From NCBI GenBank assembly GCA_036172245.1, contig JAYWIR010000042.1, positions 1,674,001 to 1,738,000 of the forward strand: 64,000 bases of DNA, written 5' to 3'. The translations under genes were made by a program, and so were the position numbers. The DNA comes from Raillietiella orientalis. Lineage: Eukaryota. The first letter of the stretch is position 1; every line of letters starts with the position of its first letter. Positions 10,531 to 24,800 of the stretch are shown in pieces. The notes under the pieces were generated by a model. That model was given only the letters and a program-made list of their open reading frames with translations. It searched no databases and was not told the origin of the DNA.

Positions 10531-11485
10531 GGAACCACTTCCAGCGTCTTCTTAGCAAAATCCACTTTCAACTGGTTGCATCATGATGTAGAAATAAGTG
10601 GGATGGGAACTACGAAAGGACAGGATTCGTGTTTTCCTACTGCTTCTTCCTTTTTCGCGAAGCACATAAAGTTCTTCCATGCTCCAAAAATGCAGTGAAG
10701 CTGTTCAGGGGACGATCTGTTCATTTCGATCACATATGCGCGTATCCACGGTCATGATTTTCAGCCATCTCACTGTTTTCATGGCAACCACGCTACGTTT
10801 CCAGGCATCCGATTTTTGCAGTCCAGAGATGCAAACGGTTAGCAGAGGCAGTCTCACGTGTTTCTAAAAAACAAAAATTTAGGGGACACCGAGTGTGGAG
10901 GAAGCCTATTCCTGAGAGGTTTAGCAAATACTATGCGGCTGCCGCTGCAGTACCCATGAGGCCCTATTTCTGAGAAATCCCCTCAGTCTACTTCCGAAAG
11001 ATCCGAATGAAGGAATTTTGAATGTTTCTTTTCTCCTTCTCATGCTTGTAAGATTCTATGAAAACATATTTTCCAAATCTTTAATGACTTAAAGTGACCG
11101 ATGTTGATGATCCATGAAAATTTCCGTTGCAACTTCTGCGGATCTTCGTGCTCAGAATCCCGAAATTCGAACGGAAATTTCCAAACGACCGTCGAATTCC
11201 AGCGAGTTGTTTCTGATTATTTGATGGAACTTTTTTTTGGAAAAAACAAAAACAAAACATGCTGCGAACGTTTCCTGTTTTGTTCAACAAATACCAAGAT
11301 TTAATACGGACAGAGCTATCAGGGAAGGATACTTTGAATGCACCCACGCTTAGAAAGGAAAAATCCGTGCTTCGGATTCGTTCGAAGAATTTTAAAAATT
11401 TATTCTCTATAATCTATATTGTAAGCTTGATATATATTTGTACGTCTCATTCCAGGCTAAATAGAGATGCACATGACCAGTAACT

Positions 11486-11828
11486 TCATGTAGCTTTTGG
11501 AACCTGCAGAACGTTATCACTACAGGGGTCACTACTCCGTGGTGGTTTGGGGTCGAGATTCATATCGGATTTGTGCAGAATCGTCTTTTCAGAGCACGGC
11601 GTGGAGACAGGAATGAGGAAAAAGTTGTTGTCCGACTTCGGTCGGGGGAGGATCTTTCTTAGCTTTTTGTTCATGTGGTTATCCGAAAGCTTCGCGTCCA
11701 TCATCAGAGATTCTGCGCTGTCGGATAGAGATGGATCTCTCTGAGCCAACGCTGTCACAATCTCGTTGACCTCCTTGCATTCTTCTCTGTTGGAGACGAT
11801 GGAAGGATTCTTACCGATTTTGTGCAAC
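11486..11828 (-). CDS. Ih: Ih exon 10 (C-terminus, stop)
   Basis: [12 protein letters not shown]...[11 protein letters not shown]...KAT*; follows a 53-nt GT-AG intron (11829..11881). Confidence 0.9.
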
Positions 11829-14800
11829 CTGGAAATTCAAGGCGCGTCGTGAGCTGAGAATCGTGAGCCGATTCGACTCACCTCTCTGCTGCAACAGATT
11901 CCATGGTTCTTCTCATCAGGGGATACTGGTTGAGTACGGAATTGAAGTGGTCTACCGAGAGGCTGAAGAGATTGCAGTACGTCTCTGCCCTCACGGATGC
12001 CACCCTCCTGGCATTTGTCAGCAAGCATATCTCTCCGAAGTACGATCCGTCGCTGAGGCTGGTCGCCACTTCTCCGTTGCTCATTACAATGTCGACGACG
12101 CCCTCTTGGATGAAGTACATCTTCGTGCCCAGTGTTCCCTCTTTGATGATGATGTCACCTGAAGCAGTTCCATTTTGTGGACAATGACGCATTATTCCTG
12201 CACATTTCGCAGCGACTTAAAATGCGAAACACACACGCTGTAATCCGCAGCAAGAAGGGACAGACAGGGGCGGTCGTCTCCTTCTTCAGGCTCAGAGAAG
12301 GAACAGGAAAAAAGACTCTTAACGCACGGACATAGGATGTTTTTCGAAACGGATTTCGGCACAGAGTTCTTGTCTCTGGACTCAAGGGCATGGGAGCGCC
12401 AATCCATCTTTTACAGGCTTTGCTTTAGAGGAGGCAGTCATTGCTGCCTGAAAGGGTTTCGAGTTTTTCCCGAAGTGCGCAACTCGTTCTGCCCGCCTTC
12501 GCCGAGTCGAGCGAAGTAACTTCATTTTTGTGTTGGTCCTCGAAGGCAGGGAAGGCTTCTCTGTTTGCGTGATGTCTTGCGATCTCTTATGAGATGCCCC
12601 CCCTCCCCACATGTAGAAAGTAAACAAATGAAAGGGTCCTCTATTAACCAGAGAATTGCTTCGAAAGGCAAGGGATAGAATAGGAAAGCATTCCAGCGCC
12701 GATAGCGCACTTCCTTTTGCCAAAGTCGGAACTTTTTCAAGAACAAAACGTTTGTTGAAACAAAATGTTCGGAACATCTTGGGGATCGAGGCTGAAGGAC
12801 CTCCTGCCTTGGTGTGATCCCCAAAGGGGGTAGGGAGGACTTTCAGCTGCCCGCTTTGGTGCACGGATAGAAACAAACAAAAAAACAAAAATCACAAAAG
12901 TCGATTTTCCGTTTTCATTTTCTCTCTCTCTCTCTCTCTCTCCCTCAAAAACCTCAGAAGACTTCCCACAGTAGGAGGATACAAGCGCAGCATATAGACG
13001 ACAGAGCCATCTCATATGGAACAGCGCAGGTTGAATTTCGAGGAAGCATCCCTGCGAAAAATAAACATCGAAAGAAAAGGAAAAAAAAGCAAAGCAAAGC
13101 AAAGAAAGTTAGCCAATCTTTCACTACTTTCTGTCTTTTTTCATCGGCGAAGGCAGAAAGACAGCCATTGCTTGCTTTCCTGGCTGCACGAATACCGTCC
13201 TTTGAGAACCCGCTTTCGTTTGTTTGCCTGCTTTTTGACCGTAAACTATTTTCCAACAAGTCCCATAAAACGGCGAGACTTCAGGGAAAAGGAATAACAA
13301 GAAAAAAAAGAAAAAAAGAAAAAAAGGCCAATCGATGCAATAACAGATTAGTTGTTAAATCAATCAAAAGTATCGATCGACCGAGTGTTTTCGCATCTTA
13401 CGCGTTGTATCTTTTACCCTTGTCGAACGTGTCGGTAAAGATAAGAACGCGTAAAAGATCAGCGAAGAAGTCTTGTCGTGAATCCTGTGCTGAGGAAAAT
13501 GCCGTTGCTGGACTTATGTACTAAGCAATTTGATTCCGAGAGGTACTGCTCGAGATTTATTGCTGCTCACAGGAGCAAACAACACTGTTGCTACGGGAGC
13601 GACCACAGCGACCTACGATTCTGTTCCCGTCTTGTGGGAGGGGAGGGGGGGGGGGGGAGAGAACCTTTGGCTGGTTTCATTCTGCGCGCTAAGAAGGACA
13701 CAAGGCAATGATGCCGTGTGCCAATCCATTGGCAGGTTTTCGTGTTTACTGTGTCAACAACTGCTTTCTTTGGCTCTCGCATGTGTTTTTCATGTCTTTT
13801 TGGTTTGTGCAGTGCAGTCAGCTCACCTGGGATCGTTGTTTCCCGTAATGACAGCAGCAGCAGCAGCAACAACAACAACGACGACGACGACGACGACGAC
13901 GACGACAAAAAAAGTAAACTTCGGGCCGTGGAACAAATATTTGAGAAGTTCTATAATGAGAAAGGAAGGCGAAAAGAAAAGAAAAAAAAAGGAGAAGGAA
14001 GCGTTTCTTCAACCGCATGAATTTAAGACAGAATTAAATTATCCCGTTGGCGAGTGGGGTAACTGAGTCCTTGACGAACTCAGTTACCCCACCCTCCCTT
14101 CTTTTGCGCCTTCCTCGAGCGAGTTCCGATCAAAATGCAGAACAGAAAATCTGCTTTCTCGGTGTAACGCGGCTTCGAGTCGACACCAGTCGGTCTCCAC
14201 AGACGGAGAACTCTTCCCCGCAAGGCGGAAGTCAATCGCAGCCGCGTTACAGAAATTTGGGTCGAGGAGTGACTCTCCGAGAAGCGGAGCAACAGATAGC
14301 TTGCAGCTGAGGTCAACCCGGCAAACGTTTCGCGCCACTATGGGAACGGAATCGAAGACCGGAGTTCTTGGGCCAAGCCCGAGATGGGTCAGGCACGCTC
14401 TTCGCACGGATGCTGGGTCGGCTGAACAGGAACGCGAGAGACGAAGCAGGTTGGATGCTTGAAACTCGCCACGGCCCATCGAACGCCAACGATCTGAGCC
14501 GTGTCCAAGTCGAGGCGGCGTACAGTATGAACGAGGGCCCATCACACGACCCACAAAACACATTAGTTGCGAACAAAGGAGCACGCCATCGCTCTCACCG
14601 GGAACAAAAGGGCGTCTCGTTGTCCCATTCAGGTGGAGAAATGTGTCGGAGATAAGGCTGAATCGTGCACATTCCTACACGTGAATTACGAGTGCATTTA
14701 GACCGTGGTGGTTCTACCGTTTAGACGACAGGAGGCATTTAGACGGGAAAAGTACAACTACCGTTTGATCAACTAGATCTGGAAGATTTTTCTTGATCGG

Positions 14801-17800
14801 GAGAATAAGAGAGAAATTCTGCACTTGCAGAGGGGGAAAGAAAAGAAAAAAATAAAAGAAGAAATAATCAACAGATATTTAACATCTCGGAGATGCAAAT
14901 CTCTACTGCGGTGCTTCCGCAGAGTCGAACCGAAAGTGTGAAGAGGTGGCGCCTACAGGCCTTTCGTTTTGAAACACACCTACTGAATTGATAGGAAATA
15001 GTTGCCTGTTCAGTTATGATGAGTAAACAAATTCAGTAGAAGTAGGGCGAGTTTGCAAACGAGCGCATTTTTCGTGCTGCTTCGATGCACCTTTGCATTG
15101 GCTATGACATTTTGACGATGCTCTATTTATGGCGTTTTCCTGCTTCTTGGAACAGATCTTTCGAATGATTCTCTAAAACTCTGATGATGAATGAATTCGG
15201 TTATCCTGCTATTTTCATGGGTCATTAGTTTGTGAGGAATGATGGACGCATTCAACACGTAAGTTACGGCATGAGTGAAGGGATGTGTAACATGACGGTC
15301 GCTAACATCGCCTTTTGGAAATGGCTTTAGACGAGGACTGCAAAAAAAGCCATGCAATAAATGACAAATGATTCCAACTGACATTTCCTCACCGTCCATC
15401 CTGCTTTGATGACTGACGGTTAGAGGATTTTGCGCCGACCGTGATTTTCCTGTGACCTGTTGCGTCGCTGCTAATACGAGATCCAGCAGATTGATCTCAA
15501 TACGAGTGGTTACTCTCATTCGCGCTCATGAAACACGATCTGTTCGACCAGAGGGGACACACACTACACGCCAAAGACACCTAATTCAGCTTTGGAATAG
15601 ATGGGTGTTCAGGTTCCAAATGAAACATTTAAAAGTTGCAGGAAAACATGGAGAGGAGAGAAAAGAAAGACCGTATGGAGCTTCCTTTTGGGTTCGACGA
15701 GGATGTGAGAATGGCTGGAGAGCAAAAAAACTCCACGCGATTCATCAATGAAGGACAACGCGCTGAAGAAGACTGCCTTCTGTTTAATGAACTAAAAGAG
15801 TTCAGAAAAAAAAAAAAAAACGGAATAACATTTGATACTCCGGAATATTTCATCTTTGGACCGACTTTCTTTCTTTCCTCGCATGCTTCGCTCTTGTTCT
15901 TCCCTGATGAAATAAAAGATGATTATGACCACTCAGTTCACCATATGAACTTTTGCAAGCTATAGTGATCGATGAAAACGTCAGGATGAGGAAAACCCAT
16001 GTGAGTCCAGAAATTTCCTTTTGCGTGCGTACATAAGACATGGAATTAGAAAATAAGCATGGAAACTAATAAGTCAAGGAAACATTCGATGAGCGCACAG
16101 ATCCATACATCTTGAAAGAAGAGGAAAAAAAATCCTATCATAAATCGAGTTTTATTTATACGTCGGCTCGCATGCATAAAAAGGCCAAGTCAGATCCAAT
16201 GAAACCAAGAACAGTTTCTTATTGAAATAACTTCCCCTTCGTACTCCCTTGATGACCGCGCAGTGCGCAAGTTATCTCTCTACATTCTGGAGTAATGACT
16301 ACTAAAGAGCGAGAAACTTCCGGTGACAAGCATGGAAGGAATGGTGTTTGAGAGCCTTGCGGATAGGGGAGTTTGTTAAATATTAAAGTTCGTTAAATAC
16401 TCCTTGAATCATGCATATGGGGCGAAGATGCTGCAGGAGTTTATGGATGCTTTCTGTTAGTGCTGCGGGAAGCCGGATACGTGAGGATTTCGGGAACACG
16501 GGCATCGCTCCCAGGATGTGGACTAAGCAGTGCACTTTGTAGTTAGAAGGGCAACACAAGCAGGACGAAAGAACACCAATGGTGTAAGCACGTCAACGGG
16601 AAGAGAACCAACTGTGATTCCGGAGATGCAAAATCAAATTCAGATTCGTGCCGAAGGCTGCGCATCATTAAATCGCGGCTGAGAGGACCTTCTTCAGGGG
16701 CAAAATCGGTCAACTATGAGCTGATCATAAGAATATAAAGGTCATAAGTAAGAATACTAAGAATTTTAAATCAAGAAAGAACTGAGCTGAATACCACGTT
16801 TCACAGATCTGGGAGGCTGCACGTAACGACGTGCCTTCCAGTGGAAGGGTGTGTTCTCGAATGATTGCAACATCCATGTTTCTAACACACAGGGGGAGAT
16901 TAATGTATCGCCATTTTACACTCTGAAATAGTAAGAGGAAATTACTGAAATGCGAACTGAAATACAAATGTGATTGGGAATGGTTGCTTAAATTCTGAAC
17001 TTGCAAAGTCCACGAAACACTACTAAAATATATATATATATATATTTATACATCGGATCTATTACAATATATATATATATATATATATATTGTAATAGAT
17101 CCGATGAATCAGCGCATCCTGATGACACACAATGTTTAGCCATAATGTATAATAACATAGTATGCTGCATAAATGCAAATGAATAGCATCAAGTAATTAT
17201 TTATTCTCCTCGTTATGTGTTTGTATCAAGTGAACCGAAAATCGACTCTCCCTCGAAAGAGAGTTGGGTGCGGCTAAGTACGACTGGCACCACTGTATTC
17301 CTACGATTCTCACTTTCCCGCGTATGCAATTGCAGCAAAAATTAGGGGTCGATCGTGGTGACCTGTTTGCTTCGGGAACGCCTGCAAGGAGGAGGAGGCA
17401 TCCCTCACTTCCAGCATCACGAACGCAAGGGGGAAGCCGGCGTCTTTTTTTTTTTTTTTTTTTTGCGGTTCATGCAAGACAGCAGTACCGAAAATTTGGA
17501 AGGACGAGCAGAGAGAGAGAGAGATCTCCGATTCAAGAGAATGAGAATGGTCTAGTCATTTGTTCGGTTCTCCCCTCCGCAAATGGCAACCATGAAGCGG
17601 CGGCCATTTTAGAAACGAAAGAGTTGCTTGGCCGATGCCTTCGTCAGCACGCTTCCGGCGTAGAAAATCTGGAAGTTCTCTACGACACGGCGGTCGCACT
17701 CGCTCGAGCATTCAATTAACTTTACTCTGTTTAATTCATGGAAACTTTCATTGTATCTCGCGATCGAAATCCTCATCAGCTGCCGCGCCAAAAGTGTCCG

Positions 17801-18769
17801 ATCCGTCCTCCCAGCTGCAGATGCTAAAATTAATTTGAAAAGTTTCGAACCCCCCCAAATCCAATTCCCAGACACAGGCAAACGCGGTCTCTCCCTGTGC
17901 TCTTTTTCGAATAGCCCTCGCCGTCCAACATTTCTTCAGCTACTTTGCAATCATGTTCTGCGCGTTGTTTCTCTTCACCGAGAAGCACCGAAATTTGAAG
18001 CTACGTCTGGACATTCCCAAAATCGAACGCACTTTCACACATTTGGTGTTCCCCCCTCCCTCCCTCTCTCCCCGCTTTTCACAGTTTGCTTAGAGATCGG
18101 GAACTGCCGTGATCGTGAGGACAGGGATTGTGCCCGCAATAAAAAAAAAAAAAAAGCTGCAGCAGTCATTACGTGTTTCAAACATAGCGTGTTGATCTCG
18201 TGAATGGAAAGCGACGGAAAAGAAGAGTGTCGACTTCAGTTCAGGAGAATGAAACCGAACAGAAGAAAGTTCTTGTGGAGGAGGGCAACACGTCGAGGAG
18301 CGCGCTGCCCTTCCTTCTTTTCGTTTCCTTTTTTTTAAGGTAAAAGTAAGGTCAGAGAGTAGGAAAAACTAAGGAGAAGCGCGGGACGGCACTTCGGTTT
18401 CAGCATAGTAAACGGTAAGGATCGCCCTTCTGTCCCTTCCCTCTTCTTCTTCGATTCGCCTGTCTCCTCGAGCGACAGGAGCCGAGCATCCTCCGACTCC
18501 TCGCAAACGTGGTCACAAGCCAGAAGCTGAGCAGCGAGTTCTTTGAAAGATGTCAGGACCACGAGCATAAATAACCTCGGAATAAGATTGTGAGCGTCGA
18601 ATCGGGAGCATACGTCCCGTCCTTTTGCATTCGACCCCAACCAGCAACATAAATAGCGTGATTGGGGATAGAGAAGCAAGATTGCTTTCATTTATCTTGC
18701 GGATGTTAGGACCGAGAACCTGAAGGCCAGAGCAGCTTGGAAAGCATCGGTCCTGGAAGATCTGAGCAA

Positions 18770-18802
<33 letters not shown>

Positions 18803-21800
18803 ACTCTTACGATCTAGTGCCCTTAGTCGATCGCCTTTGATTAACGAATCGTGAATTACGTCGGGTTTTAGCGGTTGCCGATTCGCTCGAGCCCGAGAGC
18901 GCGGGAAACAGTTAAATCGTCTTCCAGAGAGTATCGCCATCTTCCACCGCACCGAGACGGGTTCTGGTTCAGAAGGCCCGCTTGTGTAGGGAGAGCTCAC
19001 CTGGCTGAAAGACTTCGTATTCTAACTTGGTGACGACATCAGAGACGAAGTTGGGATCGGCGTTTGCAAAAAAGGGAACCGACGCCACGAGGGACCTGCA
19101 GTTGTAATTGATCACATCCTAAAATGCAGTGAATTGAGAGCAACTGCGAAAGCGAAAGCGCGCACTTTCGGATGAGCTGAATGGGAACCGAACGTCTTAC
19201 CTCCCTCAGCTTCTCGTTGAGTTCTCCCAGGATGGCCTCCTCGTTGAAAAATGTGCCTTGGTACCGATGTTCGAAATATTCCGTTATCCTCTGCCTCATT
19301 TCCCTTGGCAGTTTCCTGTATGCCATGTATTCTTCCACCTGCTTAACCTGCGATAGAAAAAGAAGGGAAGGGTAAAAAGGGGGAGGGGGAAAAAAAAAAA
19401 AAAAAAAAAAAAACACAGGAACTTGGAAAAGTGCTAAAATTTGGCCAAATGAATTTGGACGGATCAAAAGTCCAGGCAAATTCATAAGAGTCGAGGAAGT
19501 AAAAACATGCTACTCCCACAGGTGACTATTACCAAAGATACTTCATTTTCTTTCTTAACTTTCCCTGAATTATTCTTTAGCAAAATGACTGTTTCAAGTA
19601 CACTGAATAAAGATGGACTCTCCTGCGTCAGAGTTGAACCCTTCGAACTTTTTTCAGCACGCTCTTAAGATGTCAGTCTGTCGCATGCAATCATCTCAAC
19701 TGTCACAATTACTCTGATGATGCGATTTAATAGACGCTCGGTAGATGGCTAATACGATGCGTTTTTTCCTTCTCCTTTATTCCATGGAGGAACAGGCAAA
19801 TACCCACTAGATTGATATGCATCTTTCAATTTGCACCTTCACTTGAAATTTTTTGCACGTTCCCCGGGTTCAACTTTCATTTGCCTTATTTTCCTCGTTC
19901 ATATAGATTCAACAGACTCTCAAAGCTCTTGAAAGGAGGGGTCAGTATAATCCTTATGGGTCCTTCCAGAAATCACGGCGTGCGAGCTCCCCTCCGGTTG
20001 CGAAGGAGCGGACCCCCGTTCCGGGGGGACCCTCCAAGTCGTACTGACGGAGTAGGTGTGTCGCCACCACCACCTCTGCAGAGAGTGCAGGGAAGCGAGC
20101 CGCTCCCTTCGGGGGAAAGCAGCGCCCTCCTGAATTTCGGAGGCGTCCCTTCTGGGTTCTCTTCAGAAGAGGAAACAGGAGCGGATCATTTGCGGATGAT
20201 CCCTCCGGAGAAGAAATTCCAGGAGCGGATCCTTTCCGGGTTCCCTCCAGAGAAGATGAAATGGAGCGGACCCCCCCCCTCCCGGGGGTACTCCGGAGAG
20301 AATCAGGAAGGAGATTTCCTTCGGAAGGGTCAACATAAGGAATCTTTTTGCTACTACTACATTTGTCTGTTTTCAAACGGACGCTTTGATTCTGGCATTT
20401 TACCGTTCTTTCGGTCATACTGCGCCAGATCTTCTCCTCCGAATTCCCGGCCTCCCGTTAAGAGTAAACTCCCCTCCAGCTGTTTGCAACGTTTTTCGGT
20501 TCGTAGGGAGCAGACTAAACAAACTTGTTTCTTTGGCTCTTCTGGAGCCGAAAGGATTTATCCTTCAAAAGGAGCAGACCACACGATAAACAGCGGACCA
20601 GGGAGCCTCCAGGAAAACACGAAATCGGAGTCCTTGTTTTGCGGAGCAAAACTTTCGTTGGCGACTTGCATGATTGGCCAGCCGATCGTGCATGTCGCCA
20701 ACTGAAACTGCCATTTCAAAGATTCGAACCCACATCACTACCTTTTCTCTGTACTGCCTTCTGGAAGAATCGAGACTCTGTATGAGGTTGGTGGCGTGCC
20801 CCAAAAACAGAGCATAGCACGTGGCTCCGCTGATCATGGACAGCATGGTCAGCCACATGTCGGTGAGGTTTTGCGGTGGGAATCTCCCGTATCCGATGCA
20901 CAACATGTGAGACATAGCCTTGAAGAGAGCCCAAGAATATTGTTCCAGCCAATAGGAATCCTAAAAAGGAAGAGTTCAGCGGGTAAAGTCATATGCTGGA
21001 GTCACCCCAATTATTCAGTCTCGCAGGATTAAGAGGTACATTAAGACTTAAGAGTATTTCTGTTTTCTCTGCCCTGGTTTTTGGATGCGAACATCCGTCT
21101 TCTCTTCTGGCTGAAGGAAGAAAGCTCTCGTTTTTGCGCTGCTTGTCAGGGCGAGATGACTTTTTCACGGTCATCGCGTTCACAAGGAAACCACGGAAGA
21201 CTGACTGAATGAATGCTGCCGAACTTTATTCGCGGAAGCCAAGCAGATATCCGCTTCCTCAGCGCGTTCGCCATTCGACGAACTGAACATTGCCCGCACG
21301 TGATGAAAAATTACCAAAACATTCTAAAACGAACGTCATTTTTCTTGCATTATCCAGAAGTATTACACAAAGTACATAATTAACGTGAATAAAGGGACTG
21401 AAATTAGTTTCGGCTCTTGGCACAAAGCTCGGCACATAACTGGCAGAAAGATCTCACAAGGATAATCTTGTTATCGATTAAGCTATTAGCAGAGTACAAT
21501 CCTGCTAAGAGTTGTGAATACTTCCGAGTCCCATTCCGGTTTTGTTGAGGGAGCGATGCAACTTATCGTCAGCTCGGGAGATGTTGCCTTCCCGAAGGCA
21601 GCGCTCTGAAGATCTCGGGTTGCCTATTTCGTGCATGGGGGGGGGGACTGGGGAACTATCATCCAAAGGATCGATGGGAAAAATCCGACACCAGCTTTCA
21701 AGAGATCTGCTCCTTTCGGATAACTTTCAGATAAAATTTCATTCTTTCAACCCTTCCTTTTGCAAGGGGAATGAGGAAAGGGGATAGGACAGGGCTGCGG

Positions 21801-24800
21801 TCCGGCAATCGACAAAAGTGATCTTAATTTACAACGGGCGTCGTAAAACATTACACACAAAGAAACGAACACGAAATTACATGCGAGAACACTCGTGTCT
21901 ACGAGCATTCATACGTACGTACAGATACAGAGGATGTCATCTCATCTTTCCTCCACGTCTCGATCACGAAACGCTCCCTCCCCACTAAAATTTTGTAGAA
22001 ATGGAAAAGGGAATGCTCTAAAACACGAGTTTCCAGCCGTGGGATGGCTTGAGCACTACTGGGAAGGAAGGGGGGGGGGAGGAAAAAAAAAAATAAAAGA
22101 AAATGCAAGATGGCTTGTTTTTGATTATGATGTCAAGAATTGAATTTCTTGACCGTGCTCCATTTCTGACGGATCTGTTTACCGAAGTGGTTTCCGACGG
22201 TGGGATGGGTGGAACGTTTCCTCCCATCCGTGAGCCACAACTCCATCGCATAAGCTGGAAGGCGGCTGAACTTGTGCACGCACTAAAACACGGTTGACTC
22301 TGTGTGCAGACCTTTGCACGCACTGGTTAGAATGGACCACGTGTCTCACTAACCACTTTGGCGTGTGGCTCGTTGCGAGGTTTTCTCTCCGGCCATGGCA
22401 CGGCACCGAGCACATACGACTTGCATTTTGCAGAAAGATGCGATTTCATCTTGGGAGGATTCAACCAACCTCTCGCTCCTCGCATCCCATCTGTTGTCAG
22501 CATCGTTTTCTCTCGGTTGCCAGGACGCACATTCTTCCTGGGGAGACTCGAACCAAAAGCGGCAGTGGGAAACGAATCGAGGAAGAAGGGAGAAGGAACA
22601 ATGCATTCGCGAATTATCGGAAGGAACGGACGAACTCTGAATGACGCCTACGTAATCTGGAGGAGCCGGGCGTTCGGGAAAAATCCGTTTCCCCCTTCCC
22701 TCCCCCTTCCACATCTCATCTTTGGAGTCTCTGAGAAATGGGGGCTGTTGCCGTGCTCCAGGGGTCCGCGAGTCGAAGCCAGAGGGATTTTAGGCCGCGA
22801 CGATCATGTCAGAGTAAGGGGCATGCCTTTCCCCTGCTGAAGCAGTCTCCCTGCCCTTTTCCTCTGACGGGTTTCTTTGAAGTCGGCTGTCTCGAATAAT
22901 TGCTAGAGCCATCTGACAGGAAGAGGAGGTGGGAGAGAGAAAAAGCAAAGCGGATAGACGGGAATGAAGAGGAAGGGACGAAGTGGGGGTGGGAAAAGAT
23001 ATAAAGATGTACCTGGTACGGGACAACTTCAGTAACAGGGGGGGATCGTTTCTGGGAAGATGTAACCAACGGGAATAAATCCGGATGTGCTTCCTTTTCT
23101 TTCTTTCTTTCTTTTTTTCTTTTCTTTTACGGGAGGAGATGGTGTCATCTGCTGTACAAGAAAAGTGGGAGAGAGATCCGCATTGGTTCTCGTGATGAAG
23201 CGCTTGGTCTAGGGGAGGACGGCCATAGTTCGCGAGACGAAGCAGTCAGGAAGAAAGCAGGGAAAGAGTGGGATCGTTGACGGTAACCACCGCAGAGAAC
23301 CCTACGTAAAGTTTCTCTTTCTTGCTGGTCGAATAAAACTGTAGCTTCCGAAGTCTGAGCTTCCCCTCGTCCTGTCCAAGAAGAGATGTTTCTACTTTTC
23401 TTCCGCTCTAGGAGACATGGGCTCTTCGCTGGAAGTGTTCTCCAAAGCTTGCCAGGAGTTGCTTGCTTTCTTCTTGCTTCTCTCGTTTTTCTTTCCGCTC
23501 GACCTTCATCTTCCTGGGGAACCCGGTGATCCCTCGTCCGTCGTCGAGGCAACCAAAGAAAAAACACAACAAAGAAGCGGCGAACGTAGCCTTCTTTTCC
23601 GCTAAACCTCAGCCTTCCCTGAGGAACCGGACCTCAGTGCAAGCAGGGGGGTGGAGTTTTTCTTGCCCTCTCTCCTGCCAGAAAAGCCCGATTTTCTCCC
23701 TCCCAACGTCTTTCAGGACAGCCCGTCGTCTCGAGGCGCCTCGCTCTCCTCAGTCCTCGATACGACCACGGAGCCTCAAGGTCCCCGAACTTTGGAACAG
23801 GCGATGACTCGTTCCCAAGAGGGGGAGAAGAGTGTAGGGGAGTGGAGTACCGGTACAGACACCGCCATGTCTCTCTGTTGTGGGGGAAAAGGAGGAGGTT
23901 CAGGGGTCTACCCAGGTAGGAGGAGAGACGCAGCAGCAGATCCCAAATCCTCCTTTCCTGGGAGCTGCCGGCCCTTCGCGCGTCGCGAGCAGAGTCGGGA
24001 TCGCACATCCGCCTGGAGACGACGCCTTTGGACGAACGATTCAGGAAGCAGCGCTTTCCCGAAAGCAGCAGCGGTGGCGGAGGGACCGATCCCCAAGTAA
24101 ACCTGGAATGCCACTCCGCGCGAGAGACGGGAATCTCAGGAGGGAGCCTTGCTGCGGCAGCGACCGCCGATGCCTCCAGCCGAGCCGGAGGGGACGTGGG
24201 ACGTGGCAGGCGCGCCGCGGTTTGCCCTGAATGGTGGACCGGATGAGGCTTGTCTGGACAGCCTCAGGGCTCTCCATTCGAAGAAGGAGGGAGGATCAGG
24301 AGGAGAAAGGGAAGGAAGAGAGGGGAGCCTTCGAGGCCATACGCCCCTCACTGGATGCGGAATAAGATGCGGAGTCCTCTTCTGAACGGCGACTCCAAGA
24401 AGCGAGTCGGGTCGAGCATCCTGGAGAGGAGGGACACCCCTCAGGTGGCAACGGCGGCAAAAACATCGCGGGTGACGAGGAAGTTGAGTGAAGTTCTCTT
24501 CCCCCTGCTTTGCTGCCTATTGCGCCTTTCTAGCTCCGCCCCCTTACGCCCCTCACGTGCACGAGCCCTCTCCCTCGTCGCCGTAGCCTCAAGTTGGGAG
24601 GATAAGGGGAAGGAGAGGATTTCATCCCTCCTCGAAGTGCCCTGTCGAGCGGGTGACTTCCCGAGGTCTCTGGGAGACATTTCCTGTTTCTGCGCCCCAC
24701 CCAGAAGGAGGCGGAGGAAACAGGGGATCCTAAAGAGCAGACTGAAGGAACTGCTCTTCAGAAAGAGAATTTCCAGGGAGGGTCAGGGTTTGGCTACCGG

